A DNA stretch of 64,000 bases from a virus (taxonomy: Duplodnaviria; Caudoviricetes): positions 12,597 through 76,596 of IMG/VR virus record IMGVR_UViG_3300020050_009513, one strand, 5' to 3'. Positions within the stretch are counted from its first letter, which is position 1; every line of letters starts with the position of its first letter. The notes below the pieces were generated by a model. It did no database searches and was not told the origin of the DNA. It saw only the letters and a list, made by a program, of their open reading frames with translations. The position numbers and the translations under genes were made by a program. This document shows positions 46,186 through 55,749 of this stretch, piece by piece.

Positions 46186-46575
46186 GTCTATCCGTTCAAT
46201 GATATGGTCCTCGGGAGAATAGGCTTCTTCTGGCGTAGTTATATCAAAATCTAATACACCCATAGCCCGCGAACGGCTAAAGATATCCCGGTTACGGGCA
46301 TTGTTTGCATCAAATACCGATTTACGATGCTTCTTACTTTTGTGTAAATTACTCTTACGGTTATACTTTTTGTTCTTATTTTCATTTAAATTAGCACCAA
46401 GAAATTCATCTTGAAACTGAGCTAGCCAAGCTTTGTCCTTATCGCTAAGCTTATTAGCGTAATCAATTTCAAAGTACTCCTGCTTAATCTTAGAGAATAG
46501 ATTCTTCTCTAGTCCTGGGAACTTTGCTTTATCACGCTTAGTTGTTTTCTTTTTTGCTTTCTTTTTCTGTGCCAT
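46093..46575 (-). CDS. basic hypothetical protein
   Basis: 160 aa, K-rich N-terminus. Confidence 0.65.
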   Translation of the reverse strand: MAQKKKAKKKTTKRDKAKFPGLEKNLFSKIKQEYFEIDYANKLSDKDKAWLAQFQDEFLGANLNENKNKKYNRKSNLHKSKKHRKSVFDANNARNRDIFSRSRAMGVLDFDITTPEEAYSPEDHIIERIDLLKEIEQAELLDKKESGSNGTSNNTDESHN

Positions 46576-46910
46576 ACCTTAGCTATTTCCTCTCGAATTT
46601 CTTCCGAGTCTGGGAAGGACTTCTTGTCCAACTTATATTTCATCATTCCACTAAAACTGCTTCTTTGTACCCAAGCTGGAAAACCGTGTTGTTTACGAAA
46701 AAACCACTTTTGTGCTAATGGTTTTAGTCCATTAGCTTTACACCAAATACAGTAATGATAGTACACTAAGGCAGCGTCTACTCTATGTTCTAAATTTTCT
46801 ACAACACCGTAGTCTTTAAAGAACATTTGCGGATGGGAGTTGGGGTTTATATACTCCCCCTCAGCCTCCGCCGCTAACTTAAGAAGTTCCTCAAAACTCA
46901 ATACTGACAC
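46509..46910 (-). CDS. hypothetical protein
   Basis: 133 aa. Confidence 0.6.
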   Translation of the reverse strand: MSVLSFEELLKLAAEAEGEYINPNSHPQMFFKDYGVVENLEHRVDAALVYYHYCIWCKANGLKPLAQKWFFRKQHGFPAWVQRSSFSGMMKYKLDKKSFPDSEEIREEIAKVWHRKRKQKRKQLSVIKQSSQD

Positions 46911-47283
46911 TTATACCTGCCGTGGAGTTAGTCATACCCCACACACCTACACCAATGTTAGGTAGTACCTTGCGTTCAATAGCGCCGCCATAGAAGGGCT
47001 TTAAGTCTGTACCTGCCCCTACCATAGCTGTGGCCTTCCATAGCCGCTGATCTGCCTTGATAGTTGTTGTGCTGTTACTATTAACCTTACTCTTGTCTTT
47101 AATTTCTGTAACAGTTTCTTTAGTTCCATCAGGACGGGTTATCTCTTTAACCACCGTGATGATGTCCTTAGTTTCTTTTACTACTTCTACTTGTTCTGTC
47201 TTAGGAGTAGTAAATCTACGTCCACCTTCAAAGCCTAGGATAGCTGTAATTGCACACAAAAAAGCAATGCCTCGCCAGGTCAT
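46891..47283 (-). CDS. N-terminally anchored protein (spanin-like candidate)
   Basis: TM helix, then T/K/E-rich linker and beta-rich C-terminus. Confidence 0.5.
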   Translation of the reverse strand: MTWRGIAFLCAITAILGFEGGRRFTTPKTEQVEVVKETKDIITVVKEITRPDGTKETVTEIKDKSKVNSNSTTTIKADQRLWKATAMVGAGTDLKPFYGGAIERKVLPNIGVGVWGMTNSTAGISVSIEF

Positions 47284-47945
47284 TGATCACCTCTGATATT
47301 AAGTTGTAAATCTAGTCCTACAATAGGACCAAATAGAAGATAGTCCTCATTCACTGCAGAGTTAATTCCGATAACATTATACTGCTCATCTAGAACAGGG
47401 CCACCACTCATGCCAGGCTGAAGAAATCCGCCTTGTGCTCTAAGAAGAAAGTAGAAATTGCCAATAACTTTAGATCGAATACAGAAGAAGTCGGTTGCTT
47501 GTGGGTAGCCACAAGCAACAACATTGATCTCGGATTTCAAGTGGAGTGATTTACCTTTGAAATCTACCGGGTAGGCTTTAAATTGGTTGAAGTCTCCACG
47601 TAAGAGAGCAATGTCTCGACCCTCATCCATATAAGCCATGTTAGCTGTGGTAAATCCTTCCCAGTTTTCAGAGTATACAGAGATTGATTGTTCCGGGTTA
47701 TGTACACAATGGGCTGCTGTGAGTGCGTAATTAGCATCAATTACTACTCCGCTGCAGAAGGCAGGACCAGAGAGTAAACGAATAATCCCGGAGTATTTAG
47801 GGTTGATTGCGATGTCTTCTAGATATAATTTATCTATTTGACTATAGTTGGTTTCAGTATTAAATTCTTTGTACATATTATACAAAGCTCTGCCCATTAA
47901 CCCAAAACAAACAGCAATAATAACTAGACTAATCAATCTTTTCAT
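47280..47945 (-). CDS. trypsin-like (S1) serine protease with signal/TM
   Basis: LTAAHC, DIALL and GMSGGP catalytic motifs. Confidence 0.9.
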   Translation of the reverse strand: MKRLISLVIIAVCFGLMGRALYNMYKEFNTETNYSQIDKLYLEDIAINPKYSGIIRLLSGPAFCSGVVIDANYALTAAHCVHNPEQSISVYSENWEGFTTANMAYMDEGRDIALLRGDFNQFKAYPVDFKGKSLHLKSEINVVACGYPQATDFFCIRSKVIGNFYFLLRAQGGFLQPGMSGGPVLDEQYNVIGINSAVNEDYLLFGPIVGLDLQLNIRGDQ

Positions 47946-48237
47946 TGTCGTCCCCATTAAGTTCGATAGTCTTGTCATCTAAGTCAAGCTTAAAACTATC
48001 TAGCTTACGTAGACGATAGAAGACTACAGCCAGTGCCCAAAAAGAAATAGACACAAAGGCTGCGGTTAGGGTTTTATCTGTAAACATTAATGAGATGCTG
48101 GCAATACAGGAGATAATCCCACTGAGCCAAACAAAGAATAGAGTAACAGATGGGCCATTAGATTGTTTATCGTAGGCAAGAGGAAGATACATACCTCGAA
48201 TGGACCATGTTTTTAAAATGCTTGCTAACTTAGTCAT
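47929..48237 (-). CDS. two-TM membrane protein
   Basis: hydrophobic helices; leaderless start. Confidence 0.65.
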   Translation of the reverse strand: MTKLASILKTWSIRGMYLPLAYDKQSNGPSVTLFFVWLSGIISCIASISLMFTDKTLTAAFVSISFWALAVVFYRLRKLDSFKLDLDDKTIELNGDDNEKID

Positions 48238-48243
48238 GAATTA

Positions 48244-48272
48244 ACTATAGCAAGAACTGTGCCAGAAGTCAA
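48244..48272 (-). promoter_or_regulatory. sigma70 promoter with a sigma54 consensus embedded at 48249-48264
   Basis: TTGACT-17-TATAGT overlapping TGGCACAGTTCTTGCT. Confidence 0.75.
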
Positions 48273-48599
48273 CTATTTTTTATTAGTTTTTCTGATTTCA
48301 TTTTCCTGTTTAGTTTTAATACTATGGCAGGGTTTACAAAGACGGCGCCAACCTTCGGGGGTAGAAGGGTACATACGGTCGATGTAATCATCAAATCCGG
48401 TAAACCCCTGAACGGGATCTACTACGGGAATATGGTGATCCATTTGACTTTCTCGTTTCTTACAGATAAGACCACAGTCCTCGCAGAAATACTCATTACG
48501 TCCTAACTTAGAACGCTTCTCTGCTGCCCAACGGGTGTGCCATTTATATGTAGCCCGTCGTAATGTTTGAATTGCGAAGTTTTTTTTATGTTGATCCAT
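48273..48599 (-). CDS. HNH endonuclease
   Basis: CEDC...MDHHIPV...LCKPCHSIKT. Confidence 0.8.
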   Translation of the reverse strand: MDQHKKNFAIQTLRRATYKWHTRWAAEKRSKLGRNEYFCEDCGLICKKRESQMDHHIPVVDPVQGFTGFDDYIDRMYPSTPEGWRRLCKPCHSIKTKQENEIRKTNKK

Positions 48600-48888
48600 C
48601 TCTGCGTTCCCTATGTCCACATACAGGACATGTCTTATAAATAAACTTACCGAGGTCCATGGTTTGCATGGCTCCTCGGCGACACTCTTTACAGAACTCT
48701 ACATAAGTATCTGCAGTGCTTGTGACCTCAACAGTATCGTCTTGTCCTTCATAATCTCCAGCCTCATACATATGCTCGTGCTTTTGTAATTGCTTGAGTT
48801 GTTTAGTCAGGGACCGATTCTCTGCCTTCAGCCTACGAATTTCTCCACGCAGATGCTCAAGTTCTGAGTGAGTCTTTTTTCTAGTCAT
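48586..48888 (-). CDS. coiled-coil plus zinc-ribbon protein
   Basis: CKEC...CPVC. Confidence 0.7.
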   Translation of the reverse strand: MTRKKTHSELEHLRGEIRRLKAENRSLTKQLKQLQKHEHMYEAGDYEGQDDTVEVTSTADTYVEFCKECRRGAMQTMDLGKFIYKTCPVCGHRERRDGST

Positions 48889-48909
48889 GTTCCCTCTCAG
48901 GGGACAGGC

Positions 48910-49329
48910 TTACTTACCAGTACTCCCAAAGCCACCAGCACCACGTTCAGTGACATTAAGTTCTGTAACCTCTTGCACTTGGATTTTGGGATAAGGTACA
49001 ATCATTAATTGCCCAACACGCTCACCTGGCTCGTAGGCTGGAGCGCCACTGATCTTTTTAAACCGCATTTTAACTTCACCGCGATATGAGCTATCAATCA
49101 CGCCAACACTATTAGCTAGTGTTAAACCAGTCTTACTGATAGACGAACGTGGGTACAGTAGACCCACATATCCTTCAGGGATCTCAACAGAAAATCCTAA
49201 AGGGTATTCAATAAACCCATTAGGACTAAGTTCAATGCTTCTGGCTGTGCAGTCCATGCCAGCCGCGCCAGGTTCAGCGTAAAAAGGTAATGTTGCATCG
49301 GGGGTTTCTTTCTTAAATTTAACAATCAT
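48910..49329 (-). CDS. dut: trimeric dUTPase
   Basis: AGMD, PRSS, GVIDSSYRGE, QL and RGAGGFGSTG motifs. Confidence 0.95.
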   Translation of the reverse strand: MIVKFKKETPDATLPFYAEPGAAGMDCTARSIELSPNGFIEYPLGFSVEIPEGYVGLLYPRSSISKTGLTLANSVGVIDSSYRGEVKMRFKKISGAPAYEPGERVGQLMIVPYPKIQVQEVTELNVTERGAGGFGSTGK

Positions 49330-49335
49330 ACAAAA

Positions 49336-49364
49336 ACTATACCACCTTTCTAGATCTTTGTCAA
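49336..49364 (-). promoter_or_regulatory. sigma70-type promoter
   Basis: TTGACA-17-TATAGT, 6 nt before the dUTPase ATG. Confidence 0.8.
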
Positions 49365-49655
49365 TATTAAACCTGCTAACATAGTTGCAAGACCTATACC
49401 TTGCCAAAAGGTTAGCGTAAATCCATTTACTAATAACGGTACTACTAAGAAACTACAAGTTAACACTGCATCAAAATACATACCATAAAGAGCCAGGGCC
49501 TCTTTAGGGACGCTTCTAGCTAAGGTAACCCATAGACCCGCCCCCAGTATAGCGAACGCTGCAGCAGCACCATAATGCGCTCTGGGTGATGGGTTTAGAA
49601 AGGGGAGGTAGGCATAGCAACTATACACTACCCCCGCTAGGAGAAGTACCATCAC
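49350..49655 (-). CDS. small four-TM membrane protein (SMR/DMT-like)
   Basis: four hydrophobic helices ending WQGIGLATMLAGLIL. Confidence 0.55.
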   Translation of the reverse strand: MMVLLLAGVVYSCYAYLPFLNPSPRAHYGAAAAFAILGAGLWVTLARSVPKEALALYGMYFDAVLTCSFLVVPLLVNGFTLTFWQGIGLATMLAGLILTKI

Positions 49656-50179
49656 GAGTAGTACTTCCGTTTTATTAATTTTTTCTTATCTCTAAACTTA
49701 TCTGCAGTGGGTAGATTGCCAGTTAGATAATAGTATCTATATACCCAAATGTCTAGTTCTATATCCATTTTCAATTTACGTTCTGGAATGGTAATTCCTA
49801 CCTCATGAGCGATCATACTACGGTACGTAGCATCAGATTTTTCACACTCATAAATAAGCTTACGTTTAGCTTTTTCAATTGGCGGATCTTTAGGTTTACG
49901 ATCGCCCTCTTCAATTAACGCATTTAAAAGAGCTGGATCATCTCTCCGACCCTTGTATACAAAACCCATATGATGAGCGAGTTCATGTAGAAAATCTAAT
50001 ACAATCTGCGACTTAGGCTTTCGCGGCCATATGTACATTACAATCTTTTCAGAAATACCGTCAACTGAAATAAGCGCAGCACCAGGATCACCGGGCCGAT
50101 GATTTCGATATTCAACGCGTAGTCCTAACCCCTTAGCGTAGTTTTCTAGTTTTTTAATCTCGTTGTCTCGAATTGCCAC
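49652..50179 (-). CDS. HExxH zinc-peptidase-like protein (ImmA/IrrE-like)
   Basis: FLHELAHH. Confidence 0.55.
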   Translation of the reverse strand: MAIRDNEIKKLENYAKGLGLRVEYRNHRPGDPGAALISVDGISEKIVMYIWPRKPKSQIVLDFLHELAHHMGFVYKGRRDDPALLNALIEEGDRKPKDPPIEKAKRKLIYECEKSDATYRSMIAHEVGITIPERKLKMDIELDIWVYRYYYLTGNLPTADKFRDKKKLIKRKYYS

Positions 50180-50235
50180 GACTATCCTCTAGAAAAAATT
50201 TAGCCATCCTTGGCCATAAAGGGGAACAATCCTTG

Positions 50236-51762
50236 TTAAATCCTTAATTTACCATTAATAACATTAATTAGTTGTCTTTGTCCATTAGCATACACGAGAC
50301 AAGAAGTATTGAGCCAGCTTGAAGCTCCTCGATTGTAGTCTAGTTTAAGTTTACTAGTAGTGCCTACGCACCAAGCATCTCGAAGAATGTTCGGAGTATG
50401 GGTGTGTCCGTATACGCATTTGCCATAAGCACTTTCCATAGATACTGCAGATCCACGAGCACCATTAGATCCTATGTCACCATGCTGACCCAACTCAATA
50501 TCACTAATCTGATAGGACTCGTCTCTCTCTAGCCATTTGATTTCATGCTTAGTAGATTTTACTTTAGAATTAAAGTACTCTTTCAACGGATTCTTACCAT
50601 CCAAAACATGGAGGGCTAGTTGTAATGCTAGCTTATGGTTCTGGTAGTCGGTAACGTAGTAGCCCGCGTCAAGATAACGATCCAAGAACTCATCGTGATT
50701 AGATTTAACAACAACAACTTTACGCTTACTACTCATGTCAACAAGGTCCTGAACAAATACATCAAGCTCATCTTGCAAAGAGAGTTTATTCTCCATTGCC
50801 ATCTTAGCTTTGGTCAGGTGCTTATCTTTAACGTGGTGATTAATCGAGTTACCCGAGAAGGCATCGTGAATAATCCAAGACTTTGTTTTTGTGTCAATAG
50901 ACAATTTATCCAGAGCTGCTGCAACTTGCAAATCGGTCTCGCCGCTATGCCAATCACCTAGTACCATTGCCTCAGGTGCATAGTTGGCGATAGAGCTAGG
51001 AGAATACAAACGGCCCATATCCGCAAAACGACCTTGTTTGTCAGCTTGCACTTGGCGGAAGTGATAGAACCCGCCCTCGGCCAACTCTACAATTACCGCA
51101 CCCATAACATGATCATTACTAGCTACGTAATCATTCTGTGCAATTAGCACTGTGCTCTTGATATAGTTAGGACTTGTGATTGCTCCCGGCGACATGAGTG
51201 CGTGAGGAAGATTGGAGCCTGTGGCTACGTACTTAAGACGCTGCTTGGGGGATGCGCTAATAAACGTACCATTACGTTGTCCTACACGAGGTAGTCCTGT
51301 TACCGGGTCAGCACGTTTAGCACTATTTTTAATTCCCAAGATAGAGATGTTCGAATTAATCTTGGTGTCGTTGACAATGATCGAATACTTGGCCAACGCC
51401 GGATCAATCAAAGTATTCTTGTTATCCGAAATAGACACTAATACTAGTAGCTGAGCTTTGTTCTTAGCGCAATACAAGTCAATGCTCTTAAGGAAGTTAG
51501 TGTCTACCTTTGCTCCAGTAACGGCAGTGGTAATAACAAACCGTTTCTTGGTGAGCTTAGGCGTGCTCAATTCTTCTCGTGCAATATCAAAAATATGCTC
51601 AGACTTTTTAGATACTTCTGACTTAAGTCCATCAAGATTACCATAGCACTTACGTACCATGTCACGAGTTACATCGACTTCAGCCAAATCGGACAAGTCG
51701 GGGTAAGCTTTTTTCTTTTTAGTAATAGATAACGCGAGAGAAAGGATTTCTTCTTTTGTCAT
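50236..51762 (-). CDS. T5 A1-like protein (calcineurin-like phosphoesterase/nuclease fold)
   Basis: KRFVITT, GDWH, HD, SNHD, GHTHT and GASSW...YANGQR motifs. Confidence 0.75.
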   Translation of the reverse strand: MTKEEILSLALSITKKKKAYPDLSDLAEVDVTRDMVRKCYGNLDGLKSEVSKKSEHIFDIAREELSTPKLTKKRFVITTAVTGAKVDTNFLKSIDLYCAKNKAQLLVLVSISDNKNTLIDPALAKYSIIVNDTKINSNISILGIKNSAKRADPVTGLPRVGQRNGTFISASPKQRLKYVATGSNLPHALMSPGAITSPNYIKSTVLIAQNDYVASNDHVMGAVIVELAEGGFYHFRQVQADKQGRFADMGRLYSPSSIANYAPEAMVLGDWHSGETDLQVAAALDKLSIDTKTKSWIIHDAFSGNSINHHVKDKHLTKAKMAMENKLSLQDELDVFVQDLVDMSSKRKVVVVKSNHDEFLDRYLDAGYYVTDYQNHKLALQLALHVLDGKNPLKEYFNSKVKSTKHEIKWLERDESYQISDIELGQHGDIGSNGARGSAVSMESAYGKCVYGHTHTPNILRDAWCVGTTSKLKLDYNRGASSWLNTSCLVYANGQRQLINVINGKLRI

Positions 51763-51769
51763 AAATAAA

Positions 51770-51799
51770 ACTGTACCACGGGTTAAAAGGTTTTGTCAA
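51770..51799 (-). promoter_or_regulatory. sigma70-type promoter
   Basis: TTGACA-18-TACAGT. Confidence 0.7.
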
Positions 51800-51802
51800 T
51801 AC

Positions 51803-54800
51803 TTATTTACAATCGCCGTACGTATTACCGATAATAGGAGTAGCTTTTAACTTAATAGGATTAATATCTACTGCATTCTCCATAGACCATTTTACAATCT
51901 CTGCCGCAAATTCAGCTTGATCCTCACGTACCTCAATGATTTGCTCATCGTGGATAGTCATTACAATGTGTGCATCCAGTCCTTCTTCCTGAAACTTACG
52001 TTGTGTCAACAACATAGCTCGGTTCATGACGTGACCAGCAGTTCCCTGAATCTGAAAGTTAACCGCATTATTAAGCAAGTTCTTAAACGTGCGGCGCTCC
52101 TCTGATAATCCTTTAGAGCGTGCCCAACGGGAATTAAGAAGATCATAGCCGTGCTTACTAAACAATTCTTTACATTCACCTAAGTGACGCACTCGACCAA
52201 ACAAAGTTTGTACGCTACCTTTATGGCAGGCATCATAGTGGGACTTCTGAATAAACTTACGGATGCCAGGGAATGCATTTAGATAACCCTCGATAAGCTC
52301 GTCAGCCTCGTCCACTGAGCAGCCTAGTACTTCTGCGATACGGAAGCCACTGGCACCGTAGAACGTAGCAAGAGAGTAGGTCTTAGTCAAGTTACGACGA
52401 GCCTTATCCTTCTCTCCTAGGTAGTTGGGATCTTCTTTATACGCAGACAAGTGCCCTAGACCAAACTGCTTAATGGCAATTGCAGAGTAGAAATCCTGAC
52501 CTTTAACAAAGATATCAATTAATCCTTTATCTCCGGATACATAGGCAGCAATGTGAGGCTCAAGACTTGAAAAATCTGATCCGATAAGCTTATATCCATC
52601 TCGAGCTTTGATGCCGTGACGAATAGCATTAACATACTTATCAGATACTTGTCCGGTCTTTTGAGGAGCTGGGGCATTTTGTAAGTTAGGATTACGGCTA
52701 GCAAATCTACCTGAGGTAGTGCCGAATTGAAGGAAGGAAGCGTACAATGTATCGTTATGACAACGGTCCACTAGTCCCTCAAGATAGGTACCCTTCATCT
52801 TCTCTATGGTGTTAAGTTCACGCAGCAGCTTTACCCAGTCGTGCTTCTTAGCCATAGTCTCCAGAAAAGCATCGTCTACCTGAGGCTCACCCTTTTCTGT
52901 TTTAGAGATGGGGTCTTCTTTAAAGTAAGTAAAGAATAGCCATTTTAAATGATGCTTGCTTGCTAAGTTAAATACACTAAGATCATCTGGATTCTTATCA
53001 AAATACATACGGTATTGTACTTGTTCAATAGGACCTGTCAGGTCTGCTTTACCTTGCATCCAATCTTTGAAGTTGATTTGCTCTGGGGTTTGCGGGATAA
53101 GGGCTTCAATAGACTTCTTTGCGGTAGAAGTAATATCCAGTCCAATATACCTAGCGTATGCTTTAGGAAAATTACCCGAAGATTTTACTGGATAAGAATT
53201 TGTAAGTACTTCTTTTTCAAAGACTCCAATAGCTTCTGCATTAGCTTCTAAGATCTGCTTTGTGATTTCTTCAATATCCGTCTTAGCTTCTTCTTGAAGT
53301 TTAGTGAACATGGGTACGTCTACGGATACTCCACGCACTTTCATGGGGATAGTTACCTCACGATATAGAGGCATGACCTCATCTTCATAGAAGAACTGAA
53401 GCAAACCTTCCTTTTCCATGCGCTGTTGAAACTTTTCGTACAGTTGATAAGTGAGCATAACGTCCCAGCAGTTATGTGTAATAATTCCGTTGTTTACGAA
53501 ACTAGAATCTCCCTCAACTGTGATATTATACACTAAGCCCACGTACCTTTCTTTTGAAATAGCTTTTACTTTTACGAAATGAGAATAAGTTTCTTCTTCA
53601 TAGCTAAGATTTTGCTTTATTTTAAAGCAAGAAGAAATTTTTGCCGCATGATTACCAAAAGAATATAGTTCATATCTATGGCGTCTTCCTTTGCCGCTGG
53701 CGTAATCTCTTCTAGTTAAGTTAATGCCTAAAGAACTAGCCACAAGGTCTACTGTATTCCATATATGTGGGCTAGTTGTTGCTGCGCGCAATTGAGTCCC
53801 AGAAGAGAGCTGCCGTAAAGATCCGTCTCCATCAAAAAACCCAGCAACAAAATGAAGACCGCGTTCTTTATGAAGAAAGTGCCGTAGCCCTTCTTCTGAG
53901 AGCTGTTTATTCCAAGCCCGAGATCCACTACATAAGCACTCGATTCTTTCTGCTAAATCTCCTACGCTAACGGTAGTTTGTGCTCCCTTATTACCTTTTG
54001 CATAGGTAGTCGAAAATCTCGTATATCCTAATGAATTAAGAACTTCTGTTAACTTAGCTACCTCATCTCGGTGAGTAGAAAATACCACAACTTTTTTACT
54101 ACCGCGCTGCGATAAGTGACCTTCTGCCAAATAAAACCCAACTAACCAAGAAAAATCTTGTTCTGTTTTTGACAGACTGGGTTGGTTATTAATATGAATA
54201 CTACCTTTAACAAGTAAATCTCCAACTAAGATCTCATCAGCTCGTTTCCAAATGGTTTTATTATTTTTTTGATCTAAAACTAAATAAGGATGTTCTGCAG
54301 TTACGCCAACCTGCTTTCTTCCGTGTTCAACTTCGAACGAGAAAATGTCTCCGGAATAAATTTTAGAAAAAGATGATAGTACAGATTTAAATTTCCCCGT
54401 GTGAGTAAGAACTTTTTGGCCTTCTGTAATATTTTCTGCAGAAAGAATAGTTCCATCTTCCATAGTAATTTTAGATGATCCTGGGGTAAAACAGCAGTAG
54501 GTTCCTAGTACTTCTGTGTCAGCTTTAAACATTTGTAAATTGGTTTTAGTAGTAGATCCGCCATTGGCTTCGATACTTGCGTAGAGTTCTTGCTGAGCCT
54601 TGTCAGCCCAAGCACCCAGCTCATGAACAGCAATATCCTTAAGAGCAAAGGGAGGTTCTTCGTTTAAGGTGTGCTTCATTAGGATGGTGTCTGCATGCAC
54701 GCTTCCGACTAGATCAATACCATATCTATGCTTCCATACCGTAACATCATACACTAGGTTATGGCCGATGATTTTTTTACCAGCTAGTAGATTAGATACG

Positions 54801-55036
54801 AAAGGTACAACTTCATTCTCATCAAGAATAGAGTTTCCTTCTTTATCTCTGAGAGGTAGATAAAAGGCTTCAGAATCTTGGAAGGCCAATCCAATACCCC
54901 ATACCTGAGCTTTAATCTCTTCTACTGAATTCGTTTCTAAGTCGAACGAAACGATGTCGAAAGCATCCTTACTTTCTTTTACAAATGATACAAAATCATT
55001 CCATAGATCTTGTGTATCTATAATAAAAGATTTCAT
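51803..55036 (-). CDS. polA: family A DNA polymerase with 3'-5' exonuclease and an intein
   Basis: FDLET, GHNLVYD, TTSGRF..RNPNLQN, DFSSLE, KTYSLATFYG and IHDE. Confidence 0.95.
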   Translation of the reverse strand: MKSFIIDTQDLWNDFVSFVKESKDAFDIVSFDLETNSVEEIKAQVWGIGLAFQDSEAFYLPLRDKEGNSILDENEVVPFVSNLLAGKKIIGHNLVYDVTVWKHRYGIDLVGSVHADTILMKHTLNEEPPFALKDIAVHELGAWADKAQQELYASIEANGGSTTKTNLQMFKADTEVLGTYCCFTPGSSKITMEDGTILSAENITEGQKVLTHTGKFKSVLSSFSKIYSGDIFSFEVEHGRKQVGVTAEHPYLVLDQKNNKTIWKRADEILVGDLLVKGSIHINNQPSLSKTEQDFSWLVGFYLAEGHLSQRGSKKVVVFSTHRDEVAKLTEVLNSLGYTRFSTTYAKGNKGAQTTVSVGDLAERIECLCSGSRAWNKQLSEEGLRHFLHKERGLHFVAGFFDGDGSLRQLSSGTQLRAATTSPHIWNTVDLVASSLGINLTRRDYASGKGRRHRYELYSFGNHAAKISSCFKIKQNLSYEEETYSHFVKVKAISKERYVGLVYNITVEGDSSFVNNGIITHNCWDVMLTYQLYEKFQQRMEKEGLLQFFYEDEVMPLYREVTIPMKVRGVSVDVPMFTKLQEEAKTDIEEITKQILEANAEAIGVFEKEVLTNSYPVKSSGNFPKAYARYIGLDITSTAKKSIEALIPQTPEQINFKDWMQGKADLTGPIEQVQYRMYFDKNPDDLSVFNLASKHHLKWLFFTYFKEDPISKTEKGEPQVDDAFLETMAKKHDWVKLLRELNTIEKMKGTYLEGLVDRCHNDTLYASFLQFGTTSGRFASRNPNLQNAPAPQKTGQVSDKYVNAIRHGIKARDGYKLIGSDFSSLEPHIAAYVSGDKGLIDIFVKGQDFYSAIAIKQFGLGHLSAYKEDPNYLGEKDKARRNLTKTYSLATFYGASGFRIAEVLGCSVDEADELIEGYLNAFPGIRKFIQKSHYDACHKGSVQTLFGRVRHLGECKELFSKHGYDLLNSRWARSKGLSEERRTFKNLLNNAVNFQIQGTAGHVMNRAMLLTQRKFQEEGLDAHIVMTIHDEQIIEVREDQAEFAAEIVKWSMENAVDINPIKLKATPIIGNTYGDCK
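53471..54493 (-). mobile_element. intein with LAGLIDADG endonuclease (341 aa)
   Basis: starts CFTPGSSKIT, ends IITHN before Cys; LVGFYLAEG and VAGFFDGDG. Confidence 0.9.
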
Positions 55037-55236
55037 GGTTTTTTAGCCCCAGGACCTAATCGAGCAGGCTTTTGTTTAGATTTCCTTTTGCATTTGCAGG
55101 AGCACTGACTTGTTGTGAGTCGGATATTATTTTTTTCAAAGAGATCATCGATTATCGAATCCAATCTTTTTCTCGTCTCCGCTAGGTGTTCTCTTGGAGG
55201 ACTTACGCTTTTATTTTTCATATCGAATTGTCTCAT
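55033..55236 (-). CDS. hypothetical protein
   Basis: 67 aa, coupled. Confidence 0.45.
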   Translation of the reverse strand: MRQFDMKNKSVSPPREHLAETRKRLDSIIDDLFEKNNIRLTTSQCSCKCKRKSKQKPARLGPGAKKP

Positions 55237-55516
55237 TTAATATCCCCCAAGGACCCTTAGTCCCGTCGTTATGAATAAATCTAAATATTTTCACTTGTTC
55301 TGTTTTGGTTAGGGTTTCGCCCGAACGCGGGTTAAAAACAGAATGCTCCTGTATTGTAATTTCATATAGAAACTCAGGCGGCCCTTTCTCCCCATAATCT
55401 ACTACACACCATTCTGGAAAATCTCTTTCATTGTACTTACGTTTTGTATGAAAAGCGTAGCCGTTGGAATACTCAACTTTATCTCGTTTTCTTATTAAAA
55501 AAACACACATGATCAC
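55211..55516 (-). CDS. hypothetical protein
   Basis: 101 aa. Confidence 0.55.
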   Translation of the reverse strand: MIMCVFLIRKRDKVEYSNGYAFHTKRKYNERDFPEWCVVDYGEKGPPEFLYEITIQEHSVFNPRSGETLTKTEQVKIFRFIHNDGTKGPWGILNETIRYEK

Positions 55517-55749
55517 TGCACCTCTGTGTCGATAGGCATTTCCCCAAACTCCGAAGGGTGTCCGTATTGAACAGACAAAATCTCACTACGATCAATGGCG
55601 GCGAACACTTCTTTCTTCTCTGAACCAATATACAGGAATTTTTCACAGGCGTCAAGTAAATAACCCTCGTAACTTAAAGCACCTGCACGCTTCTTAATAA
55701 GGATAACTACATGCTCTCCTGCAAAGACGTGAAACAATCGATCTTCCAT
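55513..55749 (-). CDS. small beta-barrel-like hypothetical protein
   Basis: 78 aa. Confidence 0.6.
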   Translation of the reverse strand: MEDRLFHVFAGEHVVILIKKRAGALSYEGYLLDACEKFLYIGSEKKEVFAAIDRSEILSVQYGHPSEFGEMPIDTEVQ

